A stretch of 64,000 bases of DNA from an uncultured Actinomycetota bacterium (lineage in GTDB: Bacteria > Actinomycetota > Actinomycetes > Propionibacteriales > Nocardioidaceae): the NCBI GenBank assembly GCA_963719955.1, contig CAVRDV010000001.1, positions 230,394 to 294,393 of the forward strand, read 5' to 3'. Numbering within the stretch: position 1 is the first letter of the stretch; every line of letters begins with the position of its first letter. Under the pieces are notes generated by a model, which was not told the DNA's origin, did no database searches, and was given only the letters and a program-made list of their open reading frames with translations. Position numbers and translations under genes: made by a program. Shown one piece after another: positions 23,547 through 41,579 of the stretch.

Positions 23547-24697
23547 GCGGAGGCTCCCTTGCTGGGCGATCTCGCGGGCGGCCTCGAGGTAGCTCAGCGC
23601 GCCCGGCGACCCCGGATCGTAGGTCATCACGGTCTGGCCGTACGACGGCGCCTCGGAGACGCGCACCGAGCGGGGGATGGTGGTGCTGCAGGACCTGGTC
23701 ACCGAAGTGCTCGCGGACCTCGTCGGCCACTCCGGCAGCGAGCCGGGTGCGGGCGTCGTACATCGTGACCAGGATGGTGGAGACCGCGAGCCGCGGGTTG
23801 AGGTGCTTGCGCACCATCTCCACGGTCTCGAGGAGCTGACCCAGACCCTCCAGGGCGTAGTACTCCGCCTGGATCGGGATCAGCATCTCCGCGCCGGCCA
23901 CCAGCGCGTTCAGGGTCAGCAGGCCCAGCGACGGCGGGCAGTCGATGAGCACGTAGTCGAACCGCTCCTCCCCCGCGTCGTCGGCGCCGCCGATCCCGGG
24001 TGGGCGTCCAGGGCCGCGCGCAGCCGGCTCTCGCGGGCCACCACGCTGACCAGCTCGATCTCGGCGCCGGCGAGGTCGATGGTCGCGGGCACGACCGCGA
24101 CAGGCCGTCGAGGTCGGGGCACGGCGGCATCACCTCGGCCAGGGCGGCGCCGTCGACGAGCATGTCGTACGTCGACGGCACGCCGCGGTGGTGCTCGACG
24201 CCGAGCGCGGTGGAGGCGTTGCCCTGGGGGTCGAGGTCGATCACCAGCACCCGCTGGCCGAGCTGGGCGAGCGCGGCGGCCAGGTTGACGGTGGAGGTGG
24301 TCTTGCCGACGCCGCCCTTCTGGTTGGCCACCACCATCACCCGGGTGGCCGTGGGGCGTGGGAGGGCCGGGCGCGTCCGGGCGCCGTGCCGGGCCAGCAG
24401 CGTGTGCTCGGCGGCCTGGGCCAACGGCGTGGAGTCGTCGCCGAAGTTGGCCGCGGCGACCACGAAGTCGCTCGCTCGTGCGGACAGCGAAGGCGGCCGG
24501 TGTTTCACGTGAAACATCCTCGAGCGGGGTCGAGGATCCACGTGGAACGTCGCCGGGACCCGACGGGGCAGCCTGTGGATGAAGTCCGTCATTCTGTGGA
24601 TAGTCACGCTCAGGAGCAGGGGCACCATCGGTGGAAAACGTCGGCTCGCCCGCCGGCGGAACGCTCGGCCCGTGCCCGACGGGGTGCTCGGCGTCGC

Positions 24698-24701
<4 letters not shown>
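23543..24701 (-). CDS. parA: Chromosome partitioning ATPase ParA; frameshifted
   Basis: [47 protein letters not shown]. Confidence 0.95.
24501..24516. other. parS site (perfect)
   Basis: TGTTTCACGTGAAACA. Confidence 0.9.
24535..24548. other. parS-like site (variant)
   Basis: GATCCACGTGGAAC. Confidence 0.55.
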
Positions 24702-25458
<757 letters not shown>

Positions 25459-25461
25459 GGC

Positions 25462-26213
25462 TCAGGACGGGAGGATCACCACGAAGCGCCGCGGCTCCAC
25501 GCCCTCGGACTCCGAGGTCAGCCCGGCCGCCGCGACCGCGTCGTGGACGACCTTGCGCTCGAACGGCGGACATCGGCTCGAGCGAGACCCGCTCGCCGGA
25601 CTCCTTGACCTCCGCGATCGCCGAGGCCGCGACCGCCTCGAGCTCGCGGCGGCGCTGCGGCACGGTGCCCGGAGACGTCGAGCATCAGCCGCGAGCGCTC
25701 GCCGGTCTCGCGGTAGACCGCCAGCCGGGTCAGCTCCTGGAGCGCCTCGAGCACCTCGCCGTCGCGGCCGACCAGCTGCGAGAGATCGGCGCCGACGATC
25801 GACACCACGGCGCGGTCGCCCTCGACGTCCATGTCGAGGTCGCCGTCGAGGTCGGCGATGTCGAGCAGCTCCTCGAGGTAGTCGGCAGCGATGTCGCCCT
25901 CGCTCTCCAGCCGCTCGACCTTCGACGCGCGACCCTCGTCGGCGTTCTCGTCCTCGCTCTCGTCGGCGACGGCGTCAACGGCGCTCCCTGCACCCTCCGC
26001 GTCGTCGCCCTCGTCGGCGTCATCGGTGGCGCCACGCTCCTCGTCCGGCTCATCAACCGGCTCGGTCGTGCCCGCCTCGGTCCCGTCCAGGTCGGGCTGG
26101 TCGAGGTGGTTCCGGTCCAGGTCGGGCTGGTCGAGGTGGGTCCGGTCCAGGTCGGCCTGGTCGAGGTCGGACTGGTCAAGGTCGGACTGCTCGGGATCGT
26201 GCTCGTCGTTCAT
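25462..26213 (-). CDS. jag: Jag/KhpB (EloR) KH-R3H RNA-binding protein; frameshifted
   Basis: EGDIAADYLEELLDIADLDGDLDMDV, GEVLEALQELTRLAV, ERKVVHD..SESEGVEPRR. Confidence 0.9.
26085..26190 (-). repeat. 15-bp tandem coding repeat (DLDQS/DLDQP/HLDQP) in the Jag N-terminus
   Basis: gtccaggtcgggctggtcgaggt.. units with a 30-bp higher-order period. Confidence 0.8.
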
Positions 26214-26301
26214 GCTCGCTGCTCCTCACAGGTGAAGGGGGTTCAGGTCCGGGCGCCGCGGAGCCTGCTCCGCCGACCGCGCCGCACCGGGCGCACGCCG
26301 G

Positions 26302-27300
26302 TCAATCGCCGCTGTCACCGGCGTCGCCATCGGGCTGCCCGCCCGGCCTCTGCGGCTTCTTGCGCTGCTGGCGCTGCTGGCGTGACTGCCGCTTCGGCTG
26401 CTGGCGCTGCTGCGGCCGCGGAGGCTCCTCCTCGACCACGGTCGAGCCCTCGGTGCCCTCGGCCTCCGGCTCGGGGAGGCCCTTGCGGGCCCGCTTGCGC
26501 GCGTCGCGGGCCTGCTTGGCGTCGAAGGCCGGCGTGCCGGGCGCCGGGTTGTTCCGGATCACGTAGAACTGCTGGCCCATCGTCCACAGGTTGGAGGTGG
26601 TCCAGTAGAGGAGCACGCCGATCGGGAAGGCGATGCCACCGACGGCGAACACGACCGGCAGGACGTAGAGCAGCATCTTCTGCTGCTGGGCGTAGGGCCC
26701 GCTCAGCGCGTCGGCCGGCATGTTCTTGCTCATCAGCTGGCGCTGGGTGAGGAACGTCGTCGCCGTCATCGCGATCACCAGCAGGCCGGCCAGGATCTGC
26801 ACGTTGACGGTCGTCGGCGCCGCGTGAACGCGTCGGAGATCCTGCGCGCCGAAGATGCGTCGCGTCGCTCGAGGCTGCTCCACGTCGGCTTGGGTCAGCA
26901 CGCCGAGCGGCTTGTCGTTGGCCGCCTGCGTCGAGCAGCCGGAACAGCGCGAAGAAGATCGGCATCTGCAGCAGGATCGGCAGGCACGAGGCGAACGGGT
27001 TGGTGCCCGCTGTCCTTGTAGAGCTTCATCGTCTTCTGCGCGAGCCGCTCCCGGTCGTGGCCGTACTTCTTCTGCAGCTCCTTGACCTTCGGCTGGATCA
27101 GCTGCATGTTGCGGCTGGACTTGATCTGCTTGACGAACAGCGGGATCAGCGCCGCCCGGATGACCAGGGTGAGCCCGATGATCGACAGCACCCACGACCA
27201 GCCGCTGTCGAAGGCCGAAGATCTGGCTCCACAGCTTGTGCCACCCGATCAGGATCAGCGAGATGACGCAGTAGAGCGGCGCCATGATGGCGTCGAACAC
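26302..27300 (-). CDS. yidC: Membrane protein insertase YidC; frameshifted
   Basis: [49 protein letters not shown]. Confidence 0.93.
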   Translation of the reverse strand: MFDAIMAPLYCVISLILIGWHKLWSQIFGLRQRLVVGAVDHRAHPGHPGGADPAVRQADQVQPQHAADPAEGQGAAEEVRPRPGAARAEDDEALQGQRAPTRSPRACRSCCRCRSSSRCSGCSTQAANDKPLGVLTQADVEQPRATRRIFGAQDLRRVHAAPTTVNVQILAGLLVIAMTATTFLTQRQLMSKNMPADALSGPYAQQQKMLLYVLPVVFAVGGIAFPIGVLLYWTTSNLWTMGQQFYVIRNNPAPGTPAFDAKQARDARKRARKGLPEPEAEGTEGSTVVEEEPPRPQQRQQPKRQSRQQRQQRKKPQRPGGQPDGDAGDSGD

Positions 27301-27589
27301 TCAGGCTCCTTGCGGTCGGCGGTCGCTGCTCGTTGCAGCGGACGCACGCGTCGGGGGTGGGCGGACGGGGCGGAGGCAGGCGGCACCGGGTCGTAGCCGC
27401 CGGCCGCCCACGGGTGGCAGCGACCGAGCCGGCGCACGGCCAGCCAGCTGCCGCGCGCGGCGCCGTGACTGGCTCACCGCCTCCAGCGCGTACGCCGAGC
27501 AGGTGGGGTGGTAGCGGCAGACCTGGCCGTAGAGCGGGCTGATGAGCGGCGCGGTAGCCGCGAAGCAGCCAGATCAGGAGGTACTTCAT
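27301..27589 (-). CDS. yidD: Membrane protein insertion efficiency factor YidD; frameshifted
   Basis: [49 protein letters not shown]. Confidence 0.9.
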
Positions 27590-27943
27590 CGGGCAGCCTC
27601 TCCGGCCACCCTCGCCAGGCAGGCGTCCAGATCGGCGGCCAGCGCGGCGTACGACGCGGTCGCGGCCGCCGGCAGCGCCCGCACCACGACCAGCGAACCG
27701 GCAGGGAGCGCCGCCACCCGCTCGCGCATGAGATGACGCAGCCGGCGCTTGACCCGGTTGCGCGTCACGGCGATGCCCACGGCCTTGCTCACGACGAAAC
27801 CCACGCGTGCCGGACCGTGCATCACCGTCGCCGGTGCGCGACGCCAGGTGGACGACCAGGGTCGTGGCGCCGGCGCGGCGTCCACGGCGCAGGGCATGAC
27901 GGAAGTCCTCACCGGCGGTGAGGCGGTGGGACCGCGCGAGCAC
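27586..27943 (-). CDS. rnpA: Ribonuclease P protein component; frameshifted
   Basis: MLARSHRL..F..GRR; [25 protein letters not shown]. Confidence 0.92.
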
Positions 27944-27973
27944 GGGTCACCATCGGGGGCGGGCCCGGGGTCC

Positions 27974-28111
27974 TCAGACCGCCAGGCTCTTGCGGCCCTT
28001 GCGGCGGCGCGAGGACAGGATGGCGCGGCCGGCGCGGGTGCGCATGCGCAGGCGGAAGCCGTGCACCTTGTGACGGCGACGGTTGTTCGGCTGGTAGGTA
28101 CGCTTGCTCAC
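27974..28111 (-). CDS. rpmH: 50S ribosomal protein L34
   Basis: [45 protein letters not shown]. Confidence 0.97.
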   Translation of the reverse strand: MSKRTYQPNNRRRHKVHGFRLRMRTRAGRAILSSRRRKGRKSLAV

Positions 28112-28358
28112 GAGCTTCTCCGTAGTTCTCCGGCCCACAACCGGCTCCCACGTGCTGGGTGCCGGCAGGGCGGTGGTCGTGCAGGTGGTGTCCCCGGCGG
28201 TGGGCAGCGGCCGACTCGGGCGTGCTCTGCTGGTGTCGAGCCGTCGGCTGGCACCGCCCACCCACGGCTCCCCCGTGCACCCCTCGAGCGGGTGGGGAGG
28301 CGATCCGTGGACATGCGGCACCGGTCGACGCCGGGCGACCGACCAACGGTACGCGGCC

Positions 28359-28630
28359 GCGTCCACAGGGTCAAACTCGGCCGCCCCTCCCTGTGGATGA
28401 CGTCTTGCCGCCAGCCGCGTCCGCTTGTTACGTTCGCCTTCCACCGAGGTTCCCCACCACCGGGGTGCGGCGCCCGAGGCCAGCCGTCGGCGAGGCCGGT
28501 CAGCGAAGCGGTCGAATCGCCGCTGACCTGCAGCGATGGCGATCACGACCCGCAACCGGTGGAGCTCGGACCGAGCTCGCTGCAGCGGGCACAGCGGTGT
28601 TCACAGCCTGTGGACAAAGCTGTGGAACCC
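28359..28630. promoter_or_regulatory. DnaA-box cluster in the rpmH-dnaA intergenic region
   Basis: Perfect TGTGGACAA at 28609-28617 plus variants (gtccaca, tgtggatga, tgttcaca, tgtggaac). Confidence 0.75.
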
Positions 28631-28692
28631 GAACGAAACAGATCGGCGGCCGGCCGATCTCCGTGGCACGAGCAGTGAGAAGGCGGAACCCG

Positions 28693-30149
28693 GTGGACGA
28701 CACGACGACCTCGCCCGACGTGTGGCAACGCGTGGTCGCGGACCTCCAGCCCAACCAGCGCGCCTGGCTGCGCACCAGCGTCCGGTCACCCTGCACGAGA
28801 CGACGGCGATCATCGCCGTGCCCAACGACTTCACCCGCACCCAGCTCGAGGGCCGGCTGCGCGGCCAGCTCGAGGACGCGCTCAGCGAGTCCTTCGGTCG
28901 CGAGATCCGGATCGCCGTCACCGTCGACCCCACGCTCGAGGTGCCTGCCCCCACGCAGACAGACCAGCCCACCCACGACGACACCTCGACAAGTCGAGAT
29001 GTGTCTTTGTCGACAATCGCTCCGACGCTCGACGCTCCTCCGCCACCCCCGCCGCCGGCGCCGGCGCCCGAGCGCCCCGACCAGGCGCCGGTCGGCCTCC
29101 GCCCTGGAGACCCGGCTCAACCCGAAGTACACCTTCGAGACCTTCGTCATCGGCTCGTCCAACCGCTTCCCCCACGCCGCCGCGGTCGCCGTCGCCGAGG
29201 CGCCCGGCAAGGCCTACAACCCGCTGCTCGTCTACGGCGACTCCGGGCTGGGCAAGACCCACCTGCTGCACGCGATCGGCCACTACGTCGCGCAGCCTCT
29301 ACACCGGCGCCAGGTGCGCTACGTCTCCAGCGAGGAGTTCACCAACGAGTTCATCAACGCGATCCGCGACGACCGGCAGGACCGCTTCAAGCGGCGCTAC
29401 CGCGACGTCGACGTGCTGCTGATCGACGACATCCAGTTCCTGGAGGGCAAGACCCAGACGCAGGAGGAGTTCTTCCACACCTTCAACACCCTGCACAACG
29501 CCAACAAGCAGATCGTGCTCACCTCCGACCGTGCCGCCCAAGCAGCTCGACGGCGTTCGAGGACCGGCTGCGCAACCGGTTCGAGTGGGGCCTGATCACC
29601 GACGTGCAGCCGCCCGACCTCGAGACCCGCATCGCGATCCTGCGCAAGAAGGCCGCGATGGACCGGCTCACCGCGCCGCCGGACGTGCTGGAGTTCATCG
29701 CCTCCAAGATCCCGACCAACATCCGCGAGCTCGAGGGTGCGCTGATCCGGGTCACGGCGTTCGCCAACCTCAACCGCCAGGAGGTCGACCTGACCCTGGC
29801 CGAGATCGTGCTCAAGGACCTGATCCCCGAGGGCGGCGAGCCCGAGATCACCGCGCGCGCTGATCATCGCCCAGACCGCGGCCTACTTCGGCGTCTCCAT
29901 CGAGGACCTCACCGGCCCCAGCCGCGGCCGCCACCTGGTGCACGGCCCGGCAGATCGCGATGTACCTGTGCCGCGAGCTCACCGACCTGTCGCTGCCCAA
30001 GATCGGCGCGCAGTTCGGCAACCGCGACCACACGACGGTGATGTACGCCGACCGCAAGATCAGCCAGCTGCTCGCCGAGCGCCGCGTCGGTCTTCAACCA
30101 GGTCACCGAGCTGACCAACCGGATCAAGCTGCAGGCCCGCCAGTCCTGA
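28693..30149 (+). CDS. dnaA: Chromosomal replication initiator DnaA; several frameshifts
   Basis: [69 protein letters not shown]. Confidence 0.97.
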
Positions 30150-30555
30150 CCTCCGCGTCGGCCGCCCGCCGCGCCTGTGGACAACCATGTGCGACGACCG
30201 CCGGCGTTCGTCCACAGCCCCTGTGGACGCACAGCGGTCGCCTGTACGACGCGACGCCGGCCGCGTCCACACCCCGGCGCCGGTCGTCCCCGTCGCCGTC
30301 CACACCCCCTGTGCACAGCGAATACCGCCCCTGACCTGCACAGAACGCGACTTCTCCACAGTTTCCACCGACGCTATGACTACTACCGTACCTCCAGCAT
30401 GATCCCCTCGATCGGTCAACATCCACTGCACGCCCCCCTCCTGGGGACAACCTGCCGCCGTCGGCGCGCTGGCAGGATCGCCCCTCCCACGCCGCTCCGC
30501 GGAGCATGGCAGGATCGCACTCCGCAGCACCGCACCGCCCGAGGAGGTCCACACC
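30150..30555. other. oriC (dnaA-dnaN intergenic region)
   Basis: Dense DnaA boxes (TGTGGACAA 30176-30184, tcgtccaca, tgtggacgc, gcgtccaca, ccgtccaca, ttctccaca 30352-30360) followed by a DnaA-trio-like ctatgactactac at ~30373-30386. Confidence 0.88.
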
Positions 30556-31704
30556 GTGAAGTTCCGCGTCGAGCGCGACGTCCTCGCCGATGCCGTCGCC
30601 TGGGCTGCCCGCAGCCTGCCGGTCCGCCCGAGCGTCCCGGTCCTCGCCGGCCTGCTGATCGAGGCGAGCGACGACGGGCTGGTGCTGTCGACCTTCGACT
30701 ACGAGACCTCGGCCCGCGCCACGCTCACCGCCGAGGTCAGCGACGAGGGCCGCGCCCTGGTCAGCGGCCGGCTGCTCGCCGACATCTGCCGCAGCCTGCC
30801 CGCCAAGCCGGTCGAGATGGACGCTCGACGGCGCCCGCGTCTCGCTGACCTGCGGCTCCGCCCGCTTCAGCCTGCAGACGATGCCGGTCGAGGACTACCC
30901 GACGCTGCCGGAGATGCCGACCGCCACCGGCACCGTCGCCAGCGACGCAGTTCGCCCACGCCGTCGCCCAGGCGGTCACCGCGGCGGGCCGCGACGACAT
31001 GCTGCCGGTGCTCACCGGCGTGCGCATCGAGATCGACGGCTCCACGATCGCGCTGCTCGCCACCGACCGCTTCCGGCTCTCCCACCGCGAGCTGACCTGG
31101 AACCCGCAGCACCCCCGACGAGTCGGTGGCCGCCCTGGTCCCGGCCAAGGTCCTCGCCGACACCGCCAAGTCGCTGACCGCCGGCGCCGAGGTCACCATC
31201 GCGCTCTGCCCGCGGCGGCGCCGGCGAGGGCCTCATCGGCTTCGAGGGCCACGCGCCCGGCGGCGTGCGCCGCACCACCACGCGCCTGCTCGACGGCGAG
31301 TTCCCCAAGGTCCGCAGCCTGTTCCCCAGCCGAGCACCGACCACGGCGCCTGGTCGACAAGGCCGCGCTGATCGAGTCGGTCAAGCGCGTCTCGCTGGTC
31401 GCCGAGCGCAACACCGCCGTGCAGCTGGCGTTCAGCGACGGCGTGCTCACCCTCGACGCCGGCTCGGGCGACGAGGCGCAGGCGCTCGGAGTCGATCGAG
31501 GCCGACGATCGACGGCGAGGACATCACCACCGGGCTTCAACCCGCAGTTCCTGCTCGACGGCCTCACCGCCATCGACGAGGCGGTGCGTCGAGCTGGCCT
31601 TCACCCAGGCGTCCAAGCCCGTGGTGATCAGCGGCCGGATCGGCGAGGGGCAGGACGACCCCGGCTTCCGCTACCTGCTGATGCCGCGCCGCCTGCTCAG
31701 CTGA
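30556..31704 (+). CDS. dnaN: DNA polymerase III beta sliding clamp; frameshifted
   Basis: [51 protein letters not shown]. Confidence 0.96.
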
Positions 31705-31763
31705 CGCCCGGCCGGCTTCGACGCGCTACTCGCTTCTGCGTCGTGCGCCGCTAGGCTCGCCCC

Positions 31764-32671
31764 ATGCACATCGGACTCGTCGGGCTCGGCAAGATGGGCG
31801 GCAACATGCGCGACCCGCACTGCGCCACGCCGGCCACACCGTCGTCGGCTACGACCGCAACCCCGACGTCAGCGACGTCGACTCGCTCGCGGCGCTGGTC
31901 GACGGCGCTGCCCAGCCCCAAGGTCGTCTGGGTGATGGTGCCCGCCGGCGACCCGACCCGCGCCACCGTCAACGAGCTCGGCGAGCTGCTCGGCGAGGGC
32001 GACGTGGTCGTCGACGGCGGCAACTCCCGCTGGACCGACGACCATCGCCAACGCCGCGCTGCTCGCCGAGAAGGGCATCGGCTACGTCGACTGCGGCGTC
32101 TCCGGCGGCGTCTGGGGCCTGGAGAACGGCTACGCCCTGATGTACGGCGGCGACGCCGCCGACGTCGCCAAGGTGCAGCCGGCCTTCGACGCGCTCAAGC
32201 CCGAGGGCGAGTTCGGCTCCGTGCACGCCGGCGGGGTCGGCGCCGGCCACTTCTCCAAGATGGTCCACAACGGCATCGAGTACGCCCTCATGCAGGCCTA
32301 CGCCGAGGGCTGGGAGCTGCTCGAGAAGGTCGACCTGGTCGACAACGTCACCGAGGTCTTCCGCTCCTGGCGCGAGGGCACCGTCATCCGCTCCTGGCTG
32401 CTCGACCTGCTGGTCACCGCGCTCGACGAGGACCCGGGCCTGACCGAGATCCGCGGCTACGCCGACGACTCCGGCGAGGGCCGCTGGACCGTCGAGGCCG
32501 GCATCGACAACGCCGTCCCGACGCCGGCGATCACCGCCTCCCTCTTCGCCCGCTTCGTCTCCCGCCAGGACGACTCGCCCGGCGATGAAGGCGGTCGCCG
32601 CGATGCGCAACCAGTTCGGCGGCCACGCGGTCCAGTCCGCCCCTGCCGAGGACGACGCGGCCGGCGGGTGA
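31764..32671 (+). CDS. gnd: 6-phosphogluconate dehydrogenase (decarboxylating, short form); frameshifted
   Basis: [51 protein letters not shown]. Confidence 0.93.
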
Positions 32672-32714
32672 CCGCCGCCCGGCGGGCTGCCCACGACGGC
32701 GGGAGACTGACCCG

Positions 32715-33892
32715 GTGTACGTCGCCCACCTGACCCTGCACGACTTCCGCTCCTACGCCGACGTCGACGTCGCGCTGGAGCCGGGCGTCACCGCGTTCAT
32801 CGGGCGCAACGGCCAGGGCAAGACCAACCTGGTCGAGGCGATCGACTACCTCTCCCGGCTGTCCTCGCACCGGGTCGCCACCGACGCGCCGCTGGTCCGG
32901 GCCGGCGCCGAGCAGGCGCGTGGTCCGCGCCGCCGTCGTGCGCGACGGGCGGACGGCGGTGCTCGAGGTCGAGCTCAACCCCGGCCAGGCCAACCGGGCC
33001 CGGGTCAACCGGTCCCCGCTGCCCCGGGCCCGCGAGCTGGTCGGCCTGGTGCGCACGGTGGTCTTCTCGCCCGAGGACCTGGCCCTGGTCAAGGGCGACC
33101 CGTCGGACCGCCGCACGTTCCTCGACGACCTGCTGGTGCTGCGGACCCCGCGGCTGGCCGGCGTCCGCGCCGACTACGACCGGGTGCTCAAGCAGCGCAA
33201 CTGCGCTGCTCAAGACCGCCGGCGCCGCCCGTCGCGGGTCGCCGATCGAACGAGCGCTGTCGACGCTCGAGGTCTGGGACGACCACCTGGCCCGGACCGG
33301 CGGCGAGCTGCTGGCCGCGCGGCTGGCGCTGGTCGAGGCGCTGCGCCCCTACGTCGGCAAGGCCTACGAGACCGTCGCCCGGGGCGCCAGCCGCGAGGAC
33401 GCCGAGCTCGACTACGTGCCCAGCCTCGAGCTGCCCGACGACGCGGGCGCCACCACCGACCGGGCCGCCCCGACCGCGCCGTGCTGACCGAGGCGCTGCT
33501 CGCCGAGCTCGAACGCCGCCGCAGCGACGAGCTCGACCGCGGCATCTCCCTGGTCGGCCCGCACCGCGACGAGCTCCTGCTCACCCTCGGCAACGACGAG
33601 CCTGCGGCTGCCGGTCAAGGGCTACGCCTCCCACGGGGAGTCCTGGTCGTTCGCGCTCGCGCTGCGGCTGGCGTCGTACGACCTGCTCCGCGCCGACGGC
33701 GACGACCCGATCCTGATCCTCGACGACGTGTTCGCCGAGCTCGACACCGAGCGCCGCGAGCCAGCTCGCCGCGCTGGTCGCCGGCGCCGAGCAGGTGCTG
33801 GTCACCGCCGCGGTCGCCGCCGACGTCCCCGCCGCCGCTCGCCGGGCGTCCGGTACGTCGTCGCCGACGGCGAGGTGACCCGTGACGAGTGA
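32715..33892 (+). CDS. recF: DNA replication/repair protein RecF; frameshifted
   Basis: [48 protein letters not shown]. Confidence 0.95.
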
Positions 33893-34475
33893 CGCGCGAC
33901 CCGAGGCGACCGGACGCCGCGAGGGTCCGCCGGGCGGCCTCCGACAGCCGCACGCCGAGCACCCACGCCGACGACGGCCTCGACCTGGCCCGCTCGCTGC
34001 ACCCGCGCGCACCGCCGGCCGCACGCCGTCGCCGCCGGCGCGCCGGCCGGGCCGACCCGCCCGCCGCGGCGCACGCCCACGCGGCGACCTCAGCGGCGCC
34101 CATCCCGACGACCGCGACCCCCAGCTGCTCGACACCAGCGTCGGCCGGCTGGTCGCCGACCACGGCTGGGAGCTCGACCTGCGGGTGCAGCGGCGTCTTC
34201 GCCCGCTGGGCCGAGCTGGTCGGCGCCGAGGTCGCCGACGCACTGCACGCCCGGAGTCCTTCGCCGACGGCCGGCTGGTGGTGCGCACCGACTCGACCGC
34301 CTGGGCCACCCAGCTCCGGCTGCTCGCGCCCGACCGTCGTACGCCGGCTCAACGAGGAGCTCGGCCACGGCACCGTCACCGTGATCGAGGTGCTCGGCCC
34401 GCACCGGCCCGAGCTGGAAGAAGGGCCGGCTCGCCGGTCCGCGACGGCCGCGGTCCGCGCGACACCTACGGCTGA
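33882..34475 (+). CDS. DUF721 / DciA-family protein; frameshifted
   Basis: [43 protein letters not shown]. Confidence 0.88.
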   Translation: MTSDARPEATGRREGPPGGLRQPHAEHPRRRRPRPGPLAAPARTAGRTPSPPARRPGRPARRGARPRGDLSGAHPDDRDPQLLDTSVGRLVADHGWELDLRVQRRLRPLGRAGRRRGRRRTARPESFADGRLVVRTDSTAWATQLRLLAPDRRTPAQRGARPRHRHRDRGARPAPARAGRRAGSPVRDGRGPRDTYG

Positions 34476-34525
34476 GCGGCCGGGCCTCGACCGGGCTGCG
34501 CAGGCGCGCCGAGCTGCCGATCTGA

Positions 34526-36937
<2,412 letters not shown>

Positions 36938-37006
36938 GCGGTCGTACGCGCACTCGCTGCCCTACGACTAGCTGATACGGATCTAGACCAGAGAGAGCAG
37001 AGACAC

Positions 37007-39705
<2,699 letters not shown>

Positions 39706-39706
<1 letters not shown>

Positions 39707-40884
39707 TGGCGGACCGCGCCGCGCCCCAGACGACCCCTCCGACCACCCAGCCGCCGACCACCGAGGCCGCTGAGGCGGCCACGGCCAAGGACGCCGCACC
39801 GGCCGCCGGCCAGGCCAAGCGGCCGGTGCTGCCGCCGATGCCGGAGGCCAAGCCTGCTCGCGGCGCCCGCAAGGCGACGCCCCCCAAGGCGACACCGCAA
39901 AGCTCCCGCTCGGGCGGGCCGCAATCCGGGGCTCCGGCCGCGAGGCCGGCCAACGGCACCGTCGGCCCGGCCGGCGAGGCGGCCGCGAGGCCGGCTGCCC
40001 CTGCCGCTGCCCCGGCCGGCGAGGCGGCCGCGGTGCGCAAGCCGGTGCTGCCCCCGCCGCCGCCGCCGGCGGAGCCGAAGAAGAAGGGCGCGTTGACCCA
40101 ACGGCTGCAGGCCCGCCGCCCCGCGGCCGACGACACCGCCGCCGCACCTGTGGCCGAGAGCCCCGCCGCCGGCAAGCCTGCCGCCAAGAAGCGGGCTGCG
40201 GGCAAGCCCGCCGCCGCACCGCCGGCACCCCCGCGTCGCCAGCCCTCGGCCGGCGACACCGCGCAGGTGCCGGTGACGCGCTCTGTCGCCGGCCCGACAG
40301 CCGGTGCTGCCGCTGCTGGCGGCGCTGCCGCGGGTGCTGCTGGTGCCGCCGCCGGCACGACCGCGCCCGGCCGGCCTACCGTGGCCCCCACGCCGGTGAC
40401 CCGCGAGACCAAGAAGGTCGCCCAGGGCGCCCGACCGGCCAAGACCGCGAAGCCCGCCCGTCCGCCGAAGCAGGCGGCCGCCCAGCGCCCGGTCGCCGCC
40501 ACGGGGCGCCCTTCGCGCCGAGCACGGCTCCGGCTGACCCGGATCGACCCGTGGTCGGTGATGAAGACCGCCTTCCTGCTCTCGGTCGCGCTCGGCATCG
40601 TCACCGTGGTCGCGGTGATGACCGTCTGGAGCGTGCTCGGTGCCGCTGGGCTGTGGGACTCCATCAACGCCACCGTGCAGAGCCTGCTCAGCGGCGACAC
40701 CAGCTCCGACTTCGACGTCACCGACTACCTCGGCACCTCCCGGGTGCTCGGCTTCACCACCCTGGTGGCGATCGCCGACGTGGTGCTGCTGACCGCGATC
40801 GCCACGCTCGCGGCGTTCCTCTACAACATGGCCGCCGCCCTCCTCGGCGGCGTCGAGCTGACCCTCACCGAGGACCCCCACTGA
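39706..40884 (+). CDS. DUF3566 domain membrane protein with a long Ala/Pro-rich N-terminus
   Basis: RRARLRLTRIDPWSVMKTAFLLS..FLYNMAAALLGGVELTL. Confidence 0.88.
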
Positions 40885-41042
40885 GCCGAGGCGTCGCAGA
40901 TTCCCCGCCGACTCGTCGTGGATGGCGCGGCGAGATGTCGCTGATCTCGGGTGCGCTGCCCGTTTTGGGACGCCCTCCGGCGTTGCGGTAGTGTTCCCCT
41001 TCGGTCGGCCCGGAGGCCGACCGCGCCGGTGTCGCCGGATCC

Positions 41043-41119
41043 GGGCCTATAGCTCAGACGGTTAGAGCGCTTCCCTGATAAGGAAGAGGTCACAGGTTCA
41101 AGTCCTGTTAGGCCCACCA
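41043..41119 (+). tRNA. tRNA-Ile(GAT) with encoded CCA
   Basis: gggcctatagctcag..ccctGATaagg..ggttcaagtcc..taggcccacca cloverleaf. Confidence 0.97.
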
Positions 41120-41180
41120 CCAGCACCGTCGCACTCGACGCAGGGCCCCGCCGATCGGGGCCTCCCTGGAGGGAAATCCC

Positions 41181-41300
41181 ATGAAGAAGCTGCTGCTCGT
41201 CGTCCTGGCCGCGGTCGCCGCGACCTTCGCCAAGAAGAAGATCGACGCCGCCAAGGGTGAGCAGGCCCTGTGGGCCGAGGCCACCGACAACGTCGACTGA
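41181..41300 (+). CDS. DLW-39 family small protein (39 aa)
   Basis: [39 protein letters not shown]; RBS ggaggg; between tRNA-Ile and tRNA-Ala. Confidence 0.85.
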   Translation: MKKLLLVVLAAVAATFAKKKIDAAKGEQALWAEATDNVD

Positions 41301-41400
41301 TCCGGGTGGCCGCGCCCGCGGTCGACCCGGTACGCCGGCCCGGCTCGCGGCCGTCGTACGCCCCCGGCCGGAGGCCGGAACCCACGGCGCTCGCGCCGAC

Positions 41401-41473
41401 GGGGCCATGGCGCAATTGGTAGCGCACCTGCTTTGCAAGCAGGGGGTTAGGGGTTCGAGTCCCCTTGGCTCCA
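41401..41473 (+). tRNA. tRNA-Ala(TGC), island integration site
   Basis: ggggccatggcgcaattggtagcgcacctgctTGCaagcagg..ggttcgagtccccttggctcca. Confidence 0.97.
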
Positions 41474-41477
41474 CCCG
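41428..41477 (+). repeat. attL (3' part of tRNA-Ala)
   Basis: ctgctttgcaagcagggggttaggggttcgagtccccttggctccacccg, identical to 55080-55129. Confidence 0.95.
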
Positions 41478-41579
41478 CGAAACCGCAGGTCAGCCTTGCG
41501 GATTCTTTGGATTTCGGGTATCCCTTTGCTGACTCGCGGTCTGCTGTGGGGGACCAGTGGGGGAAGGACTCGGGGCGCC

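Noticed and set aside
31764-32671. gnd between dnaN and recF as an unusual insertion
   Set aside because: This arrangement is common in actinobacterial origin regions.
41181-41300. Unannotated small ORF between the two tRNAs as a novel microprotein
   Set aside because: It matches the already named DLW-39 family in size, motif and position.
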